Assembly (NCBI GenBank): GCA_964647565.1 | Contig: CAZYIM010000010.1 | Span: forward strand, 1 to 64,000 | DNA length: 64,000 nucleotides | DNA from: an uncultured Methanosarcinales archaeon | GTDB taxonomy: Archaea > Nanobdellota > Nanobdellia > Woesearchaeales > CAZYIM01 | Direction of reading: 5' to 3' | Shown here: positions 19,925-29,935 of the stretch, piece after piece | Numbering within the stretch: the stretch's first letter is position 1 | Layout: the number at the start of each line of letters is the position of its first letter | Made by a program: the position numbers and the translations under genes | Notes under the pieces: model-generated | Seen by the model: the letters and a program-made list of their open reading frames with translations, nothing else | Databases searched by the model: none | What the model was told of the DNA's origin: nothing

Positions 19925-20524
19925 TTATTCTTCAGAAGCATTTTCTTTAGCTTCCTTGGCCGAATCATCTTTTACAGGAGCAGTTTCCTTAGCATCTTCA
20001 GCCGTTTTTTCATCAACATCTTTCTCATCAGGGAGAGCTGCTTTTTCAGTCTTTACAAATTTCTTTTTTATCTTTTTTTCGACCAATCCAGATATAGAAC
20101 CACCTGCGTCTTCAACCTTCTTTTTAGCGGTTTTCGAAACATAAGCAACAGTAATGATAAACTTGCTCTTGATCTTACCATTACCTAACAACTTGTTGTA
20201 TCCTATGGAGTGAAGATCGATTTTATAGCTATCCCCTTCCTTTAAAGCCTTTCCTGCCTTGACGAGGGTCAGTATCTTTGAATCCAAAAAAGATAGATTA
20301 ATAGCCCTTATACTTAATCTGCTCTTAGAAGAGAAACCTTTTTTTCCGTAATAACTTTTATCTTTCCAAAATGAAGGTTTCTTAGAATCACATTTTTTAC
20401 CTGAACCCGCACGACCTCTACCACCTCTATGTCCTGCACCTCTGTGCTTCTTTTTAGAACCCCATCCATGCGTATGAGTTCCTCTTTGTCGGCTGTTCTT
20501 TTTTCTTTTATTCATGATAATCAC
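19925..20524 (-). CDS. rpl15: 50S ribosomal protein uL15 with acidic C-terminal extension
   Basis: RGTHTHGWG...RGAGHRGGRGRAG, KLLGNG. Confidence 0.95.
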   Translation of the reverse strand: MIIMNKRKKNSRQRGTHTHGWGSKKKHRGAGHRGGRGRAGSGKKCDSKKPSFWKDKSYYGKKGFSSKSRLSIRAINLSFLDSKILTLVKAGKALKEGDSYKIDLHSIGYNKLLGNGKIKSKFIITVAYVSKTAKKKVEDAGGSISGLVEKKIKKKFVKTEKAALPDEKDVDEKTAEDAKETAPVKDDSAKEAKENASEE

Positions 20525-21082
20525 AACATTCTTTTTATCAGGTCGTTGATTTCTTGGCCTCTATAACCAAGAGACCCTCCAACTGAAAAGGCTTTCTTAA
20601 TACCTTTTTTACCATAACCTTTTTTAGGAGAGTTAAGTGTAAACATTCTCTTTAATTTCCCTTTATTATTAGGATCTGTTTTGCCTCTTGTCTTCAAAAG
20701 CTCCTGAAGGGTTGCATCATTTATTTCTCCATAAGTTATAAAGTCTTTTACTTTGTTGAGCATCCCCGTATTGGAGGGAGTTTTCTCTAGAATAACACAA
20801 CTGTTTCGTTTTCTTAGATTAAGCATTTTAAGTGTATCTTTAAATACTATTTTGATGCCAATAGTACCTCGGACCAAGATTGCAGCTATTTTGTGTGAAG
20901 ATTCCTGTTTAGAAACTTTTGGCTTAGGCTCTGGCTTAGGCTCTGGCTTATGCTCTGGATAATGTTCTGGATTAGTATCTGGATGAGGCTCGTGGTGTCG
21001 TATGCTCTGGAGTAGGCTCTGGCTTAGGCTCTGGTACTTCGGGTGCTTCTTGTACTTTATTCAAAACGTCTTCAGTTTCCAC
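20521..21082 (-). CDS. rpl30: 50S ribosomal protein uL30 (short form) with PEPK-repeat N-terminal extension; apparent 1-nt frameshift near 20995
   Basis: Core IAAILVRG...DTLKMLNL...GML.KVKDFITYGE...LGYRG..INDLIKRM; SD-preceded GTG at 21082 is one base out of frame with the core. Confidence 0.85.
20920..21034 (-). repeat. Degenerate 12-bp tandem repeat CCAGAGCCTAAG (PEPK)
   Basis: Near-perfect units at both ends (ggcttaggctct on +) and degenerate units in the middle. Confidence 0.85.
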
Positions 21083-21980
21083 TAGAGTCACCTTTTTCAG
21101 CATCTTTGATATCTTCAACTTTTTCTTGAGCAGCTTTACCGTCTTGTTTTGATGTATCAGACTCAGAAACCTGTTTTGTTACAGATTTATCTGATTTAGA
21201 TTTTTCTACGTTCTCTTCAGAAGACACATCAACTCCGATTTCAGCTAAATCTTCTTCTGTTGGTCCTTCAGGAATCTCAACTGAGCCCTCAACAACAGCA
21301 AGAGTATCCTTATCCTGGGGTCTAAGTTTGATTTCAGATAGTTTTTTCAAAGCCTTTTCACAAGCCATAAATAAGTTCAATCTGTTCTTGGTTTGTCCTA
21401 ACGTCTTGGACCACACATCCTTAATGCCAGCCATTTCGAGTATCTTAGCACACTCTGGATGTATACAAAGACCCTTACCTTTTGGAGCGGGCATGATTTT
21501 GATGATTACAGATCCACATTTTCCTACAACTTCAAAAGGAATTGTGTGAGGCTCTCCACAATTGCAGTGCCACGAACCACATCCTCTGATAATCTTAAAT
21601 GTGTTTAGTTTGGCATTTCTTAATGCTTTTTCTCTTGCAGGTACAGTTTCTTTAGACTTGCCAAAACCTATTCCGATATGACCATTTTTATCACCTATAA
21701 CAGCCATTGTAGCAAACTTAGGTTTGTTGCCTTCTTTGGTTTTCTTCTGAGTTTGCCTGAATACTCTTCTCTGACCTCCTCCAAATTTTCCTTTGGATTG
21801 ACCAATAAGAAGAAGTTCTGACTCAGGACTGACCAAACTATCGACAATCTCAGGTTCAAGAATCTTCAGACCGTTATCAAGAATTAAATCTATATCCTTA
21901 ATCTCGCCAGTTTTGACCTTTTCACCCAATCCTGTTCTAGGTTTCCATTCATCAAGGTTTGTTCGATTTTCCATTTTCAT
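21072..21980 (-). CDS. rps5: 30S ribosomal protein uS5 with acidic C-terminal tail
   Basis: WKPRT.LG, QTQKKT.EG, RGCGSW.C.C..PHTIP, PAPKG.GL. Confidence 0.96.
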   Translation of the reverse strand: MKMENRTNLDEWKPRTGLGEKVKTGEIKDIDLILDNGLKILEPEIVDSLVSPESELLLIGQSKGKFGGGQRRVFRQTQKKTKEGNKPKFATMAVIGDKNGHIGIGFGKSKETVPAREKALRNAKLNTFKIIRGCGSWHCNCGEPHTIPFEVVGKCGSVIIKIMPAPKGKGLCIHPECAKILEMAGIKDVWSKTLGQTKNRLNLFMACEKALKKLSEIKLRPQDKDTLAVVEGSVEIPEGPTEEDLAEIGVDVSSEENVEKSKSDKSVTKQVSESDTSKQDGKAAQEKVEDIKDAEKGDSSGN

Positions 21981-21983
21981 TCA

Positions 21984-22484
21984 TTATTTTTTAATTTTTG
22001 ATTTTAATTTTTCAAACTCTACAGCAATAGCTTTATTCTCAAGGTGCTTGCCTGTTAACCTATCTTCCGGAGGAAATATTTCTCCTGAATGTGGGACATT
22101 AACACCAGCATCCAATACACCTTTCAAAGCTGCGTAGATCTTGGAGCCATTTACAGGTGTTTGAAGTCCAATATCGAGTATAGCTTCTTTGATATCTTTT
22201 TCTAATGCTTTTTTTCCAGCCAATAATCCTGCTAAATAGGCTGCAGGAATATTCTTACAGGAAAACTTCCAAGTTTCTTTTTTCAGATTTATTGAATTAA
22301 AGTAAACCAAATTCTTATCACCTATAGGCGTATAATCTGCAACTTGGATAATGATATATTTGTTAGTTCTTCGAATGATTAACCTATGTTTACGACTAGT
22401 TAAAAGAGTGAGCCTTTTTTTATAATTAGTTTTACCTTCTCTTTTCCTTCTAAAAGGAACCACATGTATCCTATGCTTTGCCAT
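21984..22484 (-). CDS. rpl18: 50S ribosomal protein uL18
   Basis: RRKREGKTNYKKRL.LL, NIPAAYL.G. Confidence 0.96.
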   Translation of the reverse strand: MAKHRIHVVPFRRKREGKTNYKKRLTLLTSRKHRLIIRRTNKYIIIQVADYTPIGDKNLVYFNSINLKKETWKFSCKNIPAAYLAGLLAGKKALEKDIKEAILDIGLQTPVNGSKIYAALKGVLDAGVNVPHSGEIFPPEDRLTGKHLENKAIAVEFEKLKSKIKK

Positions 22485-22935
22485 TTTTCTTCACAACAAG
22501 TTTATTTTCTTCCAAATAAAGTTTAACGTGTCTTTTATTCCTAAAAAATCCGCCTTTAGCTTTATTGTATAAATCTCGATAAGTCTGATTCGATATCAAC
22601 TCTTTATCTTTAAGGGATTTGATAAATTTCCTTTGAACCCTGATATAGTTCATCCATCTCTCTTTTTTTGAAATCCTGGAGGTCTTTGTTCCCTTCCTAG
22701 ATCCAACACCTTTTTGCAAACCTTTTCGTTTTTGTGCTGTTTTTTTACTGATCTTAGACTTGGATGTAGCAGGAGCATGCTTTTTCTTTATTGCATCTTC
22801 TGATATCAAGCCTCTTATATCTGTCTTTGTTATTGCTTCTTTGATATCTTCAAGACGTTCTGGTTCAAACTTAATGTTTTTTTGGGAAGTCTTTAGAATT
22901 CCTGATGCAAGCCTTTTTTGAACTCGAAGCTTCAT
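22471..22935 (-). CDS. rpl19e: 50S ribosomal protein eL19
   Basis: QKRLAS.IL, AITK.DIR.LI, GSRKG, YR.LY.KAKGGFF. Confidence 0.96.
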   Translation of the reverse strand: MKLRVQKRLASGILKTSQKNIKFEPERLEDIKEAITKTDIRGLISEDAIKKKHAPATSKSKISKKTAQKRKGLQKGVGSRKGTKTSRISKKERWMNYIRVQRKFIKSLKDKELISNQTYRDLYNKAKGGFFRNKRHVKLYLEENKLVVKKNGKA

Positions 22936-22937
22936 TT

Positions 22938-23567
22938 TTATTCTGCCCCTCCCTTTTTAGTAAGCACTTTATCTATTTCTTTTTTCTCTTCTTTCTTTTG
23001 TTCTTCTTCTGAAACTGCTTCTACCTTTCCATCAATGCCTTCGCCTTTTTTATCAGTTTTCTCTTTTTTCTCTTTTTCAGAAGCTTTCTTTTCTCGCTCC
23101 TTCTTCTTTTTCTCTTTTTCTTCAGAAGCTTTTGCCTTGTCACTTTTTCTCTGATCCATAACTGTTTTAATTTTGTCTAACTCTTTTTGAACATCAGATC
23201 CAAGCAAAGAAAGTTCTTTCTTCTTCAGTTCTTCCAGAAGTACAAGTCGCTTTTTCATACCTATTGAAGAGGATAAAAGGAGTATATCTTTATTCTTATC
23301 AACTTTTTCCAATTGAATAATATTCGTAATTCTCACAATGTTCTTACCTGACTTATGCAGTCCTTTCACAGGTTTTGGCACCCCAAATCCAGGTCTAACT
23401 AGTCGCCTATAACCTTTAAGGCTCTGACGAATTTTATTATCAATACCTTTGGGCTTTCTCCAATTCTTCTTGATTCTTTTGATTTTATGAGCATCAGATC
23501 TAAGGAATTTAGGCTTTTTCTTTTTTTTCAAGGATTTCAACTCAAGTAACTTATTGGTGTCAGTCAT
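22938..23567 (-). CDS. rpl32e: 50S ribosomal protein eL32 with K/E-rich extension
   Basis: KPKFLR...WRKPKGIDNK, GLHKSG. Confidence 0.93.
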   Translation of the reverse strand: MTDTNKLLELKSLKKKKKPKFLRSDAHKIKRIKKNWRKPKGIDNKIRQSLKGYRRLVRPGFGVPKPVKGLHKSGKNIVRITNIIQLEKVDKNKDILLLSSSIGMKKRLVLLEELKKKELSLLGSDVQKELDKIKTVMDQRKSDKAKASEEKEKKKKEREKKASEKEKKEKTDKKGEGIDGKVEAVSEEEQKKEEKKEIDKVLTKKGGAE

Positions 23568-24118
23568 TTTATTGGTTTTCCATCTTTTTCAATTAGGTAT
23601 ATGCCATCCTGGAATATTCTATTATCAAATCCGAGTCGTTTAGTTAACTTCTCAATGGATGCTGCAGTTTGTCCAGTTAACTCTTTGTCAACGCCTTCAA
23701 CAATTATTTCTGTGCCTTCAATCTTCACAGATACATTCTTACTATCAAATTCAAGTTGTCGAGGAATAGTTTCTCCGATAAAGTTCTTTACTTCAAAAAG
23801 ATTATCTTTGACAGCTACAGACATTGGAAAATGCCCTGAACAAATTTTTAATTTATAAATATGACCGTAGGTAACACCTCTAAACATATTCTTCAAATGA
23901 GCAACAAATGTATTAACAAGTTTTTTCTCTCGCTTGGATGATTTATTAGCAACAAAGGTTACTTTTTTATCTGCCATCGCACTAGAAATTGTTGGAGACG
24001 ACAAAGTTCTTGTTACTTCTCCTTTTTCTCCCTTCACTGTAAATTGCCCATTACTAAGCTGAACATCACAACCTTCAGGAATTTCAATTTCCGAACCAAT
24101 TTTTTTCTTTGCTTTCAT
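23564..24118 (-). CDS. rpl6: 50S ribosomal protein uL6
   Basis: HFPM, NFIGE, GQTAASIE, D.RIFQDGIY. Confidence 0.96.
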   Translation of the reverse strand: MKAKKKIGSEIEIPEGCDVQLSNGQFTVKGEKGEVTRTLSSPTISSAMADKKVTFVANKSSKREKKLVNTFVAHLKNMFRGVTYGHIYKLKICSGHFPMSVAVKDNLFEVKNFIGETIPRQLEFDSKNVSVKIEGTEIIVEGVDKELTGQTAASIEKLTKRLGFDNRIFQDGIYLIEKDGKPIK

Positions 24119-24128
24119 TTTATTATTG

Positions 24129-24521
24129 TCAATAACAGAAACTAATAAGTGTGCCTCCCTTATTCTTTTGCTTGGCGTCTGTATGAGTCATCACACCTTC
24201 ATTAGTTGAGATAAAGATCACACCAAAATCTCTTGCAGGTAAAAAACGTTTCTCGAATTTTTCAAAATCTGAAACCTTAACATTGAATCTTGGTTTGATA
24301 ACTCCCGCATCATTTATGTGCCCAAGCAAGTATATTTTTAGGATATCTCCTTTTGAATCTGCAATCTCCTCAAATTTACCTACATATCCTTCTTTTTGCA
24401 TCAGGGATAAAATAGTCTTTATGACTTTGGAGTTATCCTTTACAATTATTTCTCTTTTAGCTTTTCTTTCAGCATTCATGATGGCTGAAAGGACGTTTGC
24501 TAATGGATCATTATTTGTCAT
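24129..24521 (-). CDS. rps8: 30S ribosomal protein uS8
   Basis: DPLAN.LS.IMNAE, GVIKPRF, FLPARDFG, STNEGVMTH. Confidence 0.97.
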   Translation of the reverse strand: MTNNDPLANVLSAIMNAERKAKREIIVKDNSKVIKTILSLMQKEGYVGKFEEIADSKGDILKIYLLGHINDAGVIKPRFNVKVSDFEKFEKRFLPARDFGVIFISTNEGVMTHTDAKQKNKGGTLISFCY

Positions 24522-24530
24522 AGTTTCACC

Positions 24531-24761
24531 TTAACTAAATTTCTTAAATCCTAGTTTAGGAGCTGTTTCTCTAAAACATTGTCTGCATAAGTGCAAACCA
24601 TATTTGCTGATATGAGCACCCATTCTACCACAGCGTTTGCATTTTTTTGTGGATTTTCCAAATTTCCGTTTCCTAGGAACATTGTATTTTAAAAACTTGG
24701 AATATTTCCCAGATTTATGTCTTATCTGGACAAGCACTTTTTTGTGATCTGAGGTTGTCAT
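24531..24761 (-). CDS. rps14: 30S ribosomal protein uS14 (Zn-binding type)
   Basis: CKRCG...[13 protein letters not shown]...GFKK; ATG at 24761 directly after the uL5 stop. Confidence 0.95.
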   Translation of the reverse strand: MTTSDHKKVLVQIRHKSGKYSKFLKYNVPRKRKFGKSTKKCKRCGRMGAHISKYGLHLCRQCFRETAPKLGFKKFS

Positions 24762-24762
24762 T

Positions 24763-25284
24763 TTATTGTTCAGCCTCCTTCCCAAAGTTTAATTTAAACT
24801 CAGATTTCATGTAAGCCATTGCATCTTTCTTGCTGACCTGATGATTGCTTTTAATCTTCTTCTTACAGATTTTCCTCTTTTTAATCCTGAATCCCGGGCG
24901 TTCGAGAGTTATGGAAACCTGTAAACCTGCCATTCCTATTTCAGGATCATACTTAACACCCGGAATGTCAATATATTCTTGTATTCCAAATGAGATGTTA
25001 CCAAAATTATCAAAATTAGAATCTGCCAACTCGTTATTGCGAGCAGATAACAATCGAGGTAATATATCCTTTGCCTGAACTTTTCTAAGAGTTATCTTAC
25101 ATCCAATAGGCAACCCAGGTCTTAATCCCCAAGCAGCAATCCTTTTTCTAGTTATGGTTTTCACAGGTTCAATACCAGTAATATTTTTCAGTAATTTAAC
25201 GCTTTTCTTCAGCACATTCTGGTCTTTACCTGCACCTATATTAAGCGTAATTTTCTCTATCCTTATCCGTCTCATCATGTTCAT
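24763..25284 (-). CDS. rpl5: 50S ribosomal protein uL5
   Basis: [42 protein letters not shown]. Confidence 0.97.
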   Translation of the reverse strand: MNMMRRIRIEKITLNIGAGKDQNVLKKSVKLLKNITGIEPVKTITRKRIAAWGLRPGLPIGCKITLRKVQAKDILPRLLSARNNELADSNFDNFGNISFGIQEYIDIPGVKYDPEIGMAGLQVSITLERPGFRIKKRKICKKKIKSNHQVSKKDAMAYMKSEFKLNFGKEAEQ

Positions 25285-25979
25285 TTTTTCTTTTGTAATG
25301 TAATTAAGGGTTTATCTTTGCCGATAACCAAGACAAACTTTTTGTATATCTCGTGCTGTTGTTTATCAAAAGTGCAAACTACTTTTTCGGCATTCACGCT
25401 ATCAAAGATAGCAACCTTACCCTGATGTTTTCCCTTAAATATAAGTAAAGGAGCCCCCTTTTGCATAGGTAAATGATCAATAATCTCGTTTTTTGAAATC
25501 TTGACTAGGATTGAGTCTCCTGTTTTATAATCAGCTGCATCAACTAACCTCGATGCACCAGTGGCAAAAACTAACTGTACCAATTTTTTACCTCTATTAA
25601 TTTTATTCACCAGTTTCAGAAGCTGCATATCTGCCTCTTTCGCATCTATTGAAACTGCCATAAGTTTGTTCTTTTCAGATAAAAGAATTCTATAATGTTC
25701 TTTAGTTGAGGGTATGGATATAACATCTAAGAAACCAACGGGCATCTTATTATCTTTTTTCCGTGTCCCATTTATTAGAACCTCTTTTTCATGTAGAATA
25801 TATTTAACCTCTTTTGTAGTGGTTGCCTGATTAATAAGATCTTTGAAGAATACAGTAATCGAGATACTTAAATCCCTGCTGTGTCCGCCTGGATGGGGCC
25901 TTACAACGAACTTATTTTCCTTTCTCTTGATATTCCACGTCCTTGGCGTACTTAGCCTTTTAAGATGACTCTTTGTCAT
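25281..25979 (-). CDS. rps4e: 30S ribosomal protein eS4
   Basis: HLKRL..P.TW.I.RK, PVGFLDVISI. Confidence 0.95.
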   Translation of the reverse strand: MTKSHLKRLSTPRTWNIKRKENKFVVRPHPGGHSRDLSISITVFFKDLINQATTTKEVKYILHEKEVLINGTRKKDNKMPVGFLDVISIPSTKEHYRILLSEKNKLMAVSIDAKEADMQLLKLVNKINRGKKLVQLVFATGASRLVDAADYKTGDSILVKISKNEIIDHLPMQKGAPLLIFKGKHQGKVAIFDSVNAEKVVCTFDKQQHEIYKKFVLVIGKDKPLITLQKKK

Positions 25980-26418
25980 TTTTAACCTCTGATTTATTTT
26001 CTGATTTGGATTCTTTTTTAGTTTCAGATTCGTTTTTTTTGCTGTTCTTTAGTTTAACCATCCTTTTTTTATCATCTGCATTCAATTCAACTATTTGCAG
26101 ATTTGAAGGTTGGAATGGTACTCTGGTTTTAGATCCGTCTTTTTTAGTGAAATTGATGTTAGTAATGTAAATTTTGGTATCTTTTGCACTAGCCTCTTCA
26201 ATCTTACCATCTTTTTTCTTATATGTTCCTCTCATAACCTTAACTTTATCTCCTGTTCGAGCACGTATAGCTCTGACACCATACTTTTTTCTCAGTTCTT
26301 TACTAAGATTAATATGTAAAAACATACTTCGGATATGAAGAGGCGCATTATATCTAAATTTCCTCTGTTTCCTTGGTTGTTTACTCTTGTTCCAGGTTTT
26401 TGAAAAGTCTGTTTTCAT
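25960..26418 (-). CDS. rpl24: 50S ribosomal protein uL24
   Basis: SKQPRKQRK...NAPLH, GDKVKVMRG. Confidence 0.96.
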   Translation of the reverse strand: MKTDFSKTWNKSKQPRKQRKFRYNAPLHIRSMFLHINLSKELRKKYGVRAIRARTGDKVKVMRGTYKKKDGKIEEASAKDTKIYITNINFTKKDGSKTRVPFQPSNLQIVELNADDKKRMVKLKNSKKNESETKKESKSENKSEVKNDKESS

Positions 26419-26424
26419 TTTAAT

Positions 26425-26826
26425 TTATACTATCATATTGGCTACTTTAGCTATTCCAGGCCATTTATTGCAAACTTCTTTTGCTATTGGACCCTTGAAA
26501 ATTGTTCCTTTGGGATTACCTTTGTCATCCTTAAGGACAACTGCAGCATTGTCTTCAAATTTAATTCGCGTACCATCTGGTCGCCTAAATTCTTTTTTTT
26601 GTCTTACAATCACCGCAAAGACAACTTGTTTCCTCATATCAGGTCTTCCTTTTCTCACAGCAGCCATAACAAGGTCGCCTATGCCTGCAGCAGGATATCT
26701 GCCCTTAACACCCTTAGCGCCTTTAACTGAAACTACTTTCAATATTTTGGCACCTGAGTTGTCACAAGTGTCTACCAACGAACCCACTGGAAGGGCTCTG
26801 GTTATGTTTGCTTTGATAGGTTTCAT
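26425..26826 (-). CDS. rpl14: 50S ribosomal protein uL14
   Basis: DNSGAK, AVIVRQKKEFRRPDG.RIKFEDNA. Confidence 0.98.
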   Translation of the reverse strand: MKPIKANITRALPVGSLVDTCDNSGAKILKVVSVKGAKGVKGRYPAAGIGDLVMAAVRKGRPDMRKQVVFAVIVRQKKEFRRPDGTRIKFEDNAAVVLKDDKGNPKGTIFKGPIAKEVCNKWPGIAKVANMIV

Positions 26827-26827
26827 T

Positions 26828-27148
26828 TTATTGTATGCTTACGATCACAAAATTTTTAGTTTTTGAAATGGGTCTTGTTTCCATAACAGAGACAGTATCT
26901 CCCTCTTTTGCATTCAGGCATTCAGGATTATGCGCCTTGATCTTAGAGATTTTCTTTTCATATCTCTCATATTTAGACACATGTCTTTTGCGTTCCCAAG
27001 CAACTGTAACAGTCTTATGCATTTTTGCACTTACTACTTGGCCTGACAAAAGTTTGCCTCGCAAACTAATGTTACCATGGAATGGACAATGAGGGTCTTC
27101 ACATGTCTTTTCCGGCTCTTTTACAGGAAGTCCTATATTTTTTTTCAT
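26828..27148 (-). CDS. rps17: 30S ribosomal protein uS17
   Basis: C.DPHCPFHG, KYERYEK, ETRPISKTKNF. Confidence 0.97.
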   Translation of the reverse strand: MKKNIGLPVKEPEKTCEDPHCPFHGNISLRGKLLSGQVVSAKMHKTVTVAWERKRHVSKYERYEKKISKIKAHNPECLNAKEGDTVSVMETRPISKTKNFVIVSIQ

Positions 27149-27158
27149 TTTTTTCGCC

Positions 27159-27407
27159 TTATATTCGCCTAAGTTTAATCCGTTCTTCAGGCCTTTTGTT
27201 GATATTGTTTCCGTTTATTTCAGTTCCGTCTATCATGAAAACCGTGTCTTTTTTCAAAACACGTTTTTTTTCCTTGTTGTTAGTTATCAAAACAAATGTG
27301 TTTTTTGTTTCATCAATGATTTGTCCTTTTAAGCCATTCAGTGTTGAATTTTTTGCGTTTATTATTTCTGCAACTAAACCTATGTACTCTTGTTTCAGCT
27401 GTTTCAT
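27159..27407 (-). CDS. rnp1: Ribonuclease P protein subunit p29 (Rpp29/Pop4)
   Basis: EYIGL...GLKGQIIDETKNT...RPEERIK; canonical operon position. Confidence 0.92.
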   Translation of the reverse strand: MKQLKQEYIGLVAEIINAKNSTLNGLKGQIIDETKNTFVLITNNKEKKRVLKKDTVFMIDGTEINGNNINKRPEERIKLRRI

Positions 27408-27414
27408 ATTACTT

Positions 27415-27723
27415 TTATCTCAGCTCTATTGTGTCTGGTGCAAACCCCAAAGTTGTAAGCTCTTTTTTGATTTGCCTGGTATGATCGCCTTGAAGTTCTA
27501 TATAGTCTTCTTTGGCGGTTCCACCACAAGCAAACTTATGCTTGAGCTTTTTTGTCAGTTCCTTAAAGTCAATTTCTGTCTTGTTTAGGCCGTCTATAAC
27601 AGTGTATTTCTTGCCAAACTTTTTCTTTATCATCTTCACAGTAATCTTCTGACTTTCCTTTGCGATTGTCTCACAAACACAAAGTTCTTTAGGTAGCCCA
27701 CACGTCGGGCAAACATCACTCAT
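27415..27723 (-). CDS. sui1: Translation initiation factor SUI1 (aIF1)
   Basis: CPTCGLPKELCVCE, K.ACGGT, IELQGDH. Confidence 0.95.
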   Translation of the reverse strand: MSDVCPTCGLPKELCVCETIAKESQKITVKMIKKKFGKKYTVIDGLNKTEIDFKELTKKLKHKFACGGTAKEDYIELQGDHTRQIKKELTTLGFAPDTIELR

Positions 27724-27910
27724 TTTGCTTTTTTATTGCCAAAATTTTTGCTTTTGTTTTTTTAAGTTGTTTTAATTGACCAGGACTCTTAACAGCAGTC
27801 CCAGTCGCTACTTGAGCATTAAGCTTCATAAGTTCTAAATTTATCTCATCAAGCTTTTTTTCCCTTTCTTCAGGATTCATGTCTTTTAGTTCTTTGAATT
27901 TCATTTTCAT
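27716..27910 (-). CDS. rpl29: 50S ribosomal protein uL29
   Basis: ELKDM...L..ELMKL...PG..KQLKK..AKIL; position after uS3. Confidence 0.9.
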   Translation of the reverse strand: MKMKFKELKDMNPEEREKKLDEINLELMKLNAQVATGTAVKSPGQLKQLKKTKAKILAIKKQNE

Positions 27911-27920
27911 ATGTGATTAG

Positions 27921-28727
27921 TTATTTCTGTGATTTCGAACTCTTTTTAGGCTTAGTCTTTGAAGTTTTTTTTGGTGCTTTTGTGGTTTTTTTGGAAGAAG
28001 GTTCTTCTTTTTTTTCAGAAGCATCCTTCTTGGATTCAGATTTCTTTTCTTCATGTGTATTTTCGTCTACCTGAACATCTTCTTTGTTCTCTGCAGCCAC
28101 ATCTTTTACTTCTTCAATGACTTCCTGAATCTCGTCTAGTATCTCAATTTTATCTGGGAGTTTGGTAGTAGGGGGCATAATCTTCACCTTTATGCCAACC
28201 GCACCTGTTTTCAGATGTGCTGTTGTTTCGGCTCTGTCTACACCTGTGAGCGCAGGATCTCCACATTTCTTCAGATATCCTTGATAAAATCTCCAGGTTT
28301 TAGCTCTACTACTAGGAATCTTTCCAGATATAAGAATCTCTACACCCAGTGCTCCTGAATGCATAATCTCACCCATCATCTTATGACCAATACTTTTAAA
28401 TCGGGTTGAACCAAATCTTTCCAAAGAGCTCGCTATCATTTCTGCTACGATGTTTGGATCTAAACTGATTTGCTGAACCTCTTCAATCTCTATTTGCGGA
28501 TTGTCTAAATCAAACTTCGCCTTCAATTCCTGAGTTAGTTTGGTTATATTTGAGCCTGATCTTCCAACAACAATACCAGGTCTGGAAGCTGCAATAGTAA
28601 TCTTTTCTCCAAGAGGCGTCCGTTGTAGTTTCACATTACTTAGGCCAGCTCTTACAAGAGACTTAGCAATAAATTCTTTAACTTGGAATTCCTTTATGTT
28701 CTGACTGACAAATTTTCTTTCAATCAT
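27921..28727 (-). CDS. rps3: 30S ribosomal protein uS3 with charged tail
   Basis: RTPLG, RPGIVVGR.G, GALGVEI.ISGK, GYLKKCG. Confidence 0.97.
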   Translation of the reverse strand: MIERKFVSQNIKEFQVKEFIAKSLVRAGLSNVKLQRTPLGEKITIAASRPGIVVGRSGSNITKLTQELKAKFDLDNPQIEIEEVQQISLDPNIVAEMIASSLERFGSTRFKSIGHKMMGEIMHSGALGVEILISGKIPSSRAKTWRFYQGYLKKCGDPALTGVDRAETTAHLKTGAVGIKVKIMPPTTKLPDKIEILDEIQEVIEEVKDVAAENKEDVQVDENTHEEKKSESKKDASEKKEEPSSKKTTKAPKKTSKTKPKKSSKSQK

Positions 28728-29536
28728 TTTTGTTCTTTAGCCTCATCGGTTTTAATTGTCTCAGAAACTTTCTGTTTCTGAGGCTCAGAAGGTTTTTGCG
28801 CTTCAGTTGTCTCAGAAACTTTCTGTTTCTGCGACTCAGAAGACTTACTCTCTTCTTCAGTCTTAGTTGGAGCTTCTTCTTTTGAATCTGATTTATCCCC
28901 ATTCGTTGAAACTGGTTTGTTTTCTTTCTTTTCAACAGCAGGAGTTGTCTTTTTGGGTTTTGCTGTAACTTTTTTTGGAGCAGTTTTTTGCTCTTCTTTT
29001 TTCTCTACGACAGGTTGCTTTTTCTGAGCAACATCAGAAGATTTATCTTCTGCGATTTCTTTAGGAGTTTCTTTTTTTACTGCTTTTTTCACTTTTTTTT
29101 CAGACTCAAGTTCTTCAACCACTAATTCTATGTGTGTTCTTTTCATACTTCTCCTTCTTTGCCTACCTTGATGCATAGGAGATGATGCTTTGTGAGCACA
29201 TAGATGTACGATTAAGAGGTTATCACCTAAGCCTTTTATCTGTGCATTTGATTCTGCTTCTTTAAACATCTTAAGCATATGTTTTGAAAGTATTTGAGGA
29301 TATCTACCTGCAGCTATTCCGGGTTTGTGTCCAACCCCGTTGGTAAATCTCTTGAAGGGGATCGCCCTTTTCATAGCAACAACTTCTTCCACCAACCTTT
29401 TGGCCTGGGCTAGATTTCTTCCTCTAAGAAAATTGCAAACTTCTATAGCCGCTTTTGTTGAAACAGCAATATCTCTAGCTACAGATTTGACCATATTCTC
29501 TTTCCAATCTTTGAAAGCGTAGTTGTATCTTGCCAT
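28724..29536 (-). CDS. rpl22: 50S ribosomal protein uL22 with ~125-aa low-complexity tail
   Basis: AIPFKRF, GRYP, AESNA..KGL, THIELVV. Confidence 0.95.
   Translation of the reverse strand: MARYNYAFKDWKENMVKSVARDIAVSTKAAIEVCNFLRGRNLAQAKRLVEEVVAMKRAIPFKRFTNGVGHKPGIAAGRYPQILSKHMLKMFKEAESNAQIKGLGDNLLIVHLCAHKASSPMHQGRQRRRSMKRTHIELVVEELESEKKVKKAVKKETPKEIAEDKSSDVAQKKQPVVEKKEEQKTAPKKVTAKPKKTTPAVEKKENKPVSTNGDKSDSKEEAPTKTEEESKSSESQKQKVSETTEAQKPSEPQKQKVSETIKTDEAKEQK
28756..28831 (-). repeat. 25-bp direct repeat (period 51) in the uL22 tail encoding QKQKVSET twice
   Basis: ttgtctcagaaactttctgtttctg at 28756-28780 and 28807-28831. Confidence 0.85.
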
Positions 29537-29545
29537 TTTATTTTA

Positions 29546-29926
29546 TTATCTCACTGAAACATTTGAAGAGGATTTTGAGCCTCCAACACCTGGGCTACTG
29601 TGAGTAATTCTTTTTCTTGTCAATACCAATTCTCCAAAATAATGTCCTATCATCTCTTCGAGAATTGTTACCGCTTCAAAAGCCTTACCATTATGAATTC
29701 TAATGACTTTACCGACCATGGAAGGAAGCACGATCATATCCCTCAGTTGTGTTTTAATAACATCTTTTTTTTCAATTTTATTCACAAACTTTTTTTGATT
29801 ATCTGTCAATCCTCTTTTTAGAGTCCGTCTTTGTCTTGCAGGAAATAGTTCTGCCAACTGATTCAGAGACATTGTGTTTAGTTCTTCCAATGTTTTTCCT
29901 CTATATCTAAATTCTTTTTTTACCAT
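29546..29926 (-). CDS. rps19: 30S ribosomal protein uS19
   Basis: [32 protein letters not shown]. Confidence 0.97.
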   Translation of the reverse strand: MVKKEFRYRGKTLEELNTMSLNQLAELFPARQRRTLKRGLTDNQKKFVNKIEKKDVIKTQLRDMIVLPSMVGKVIRIHNGKAFEAVTILEEMIGHYFGELVLTRKRITHSSPGVGGSKSSSNVSVR

Positions 29927-29935
29927 TTTGAATTA

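Noticed and set aside
20920..21034. Tandem repeats as a possible CRISPR array
   Set aside because: 12-bp coding repeat without spacers; no cas genes in the window
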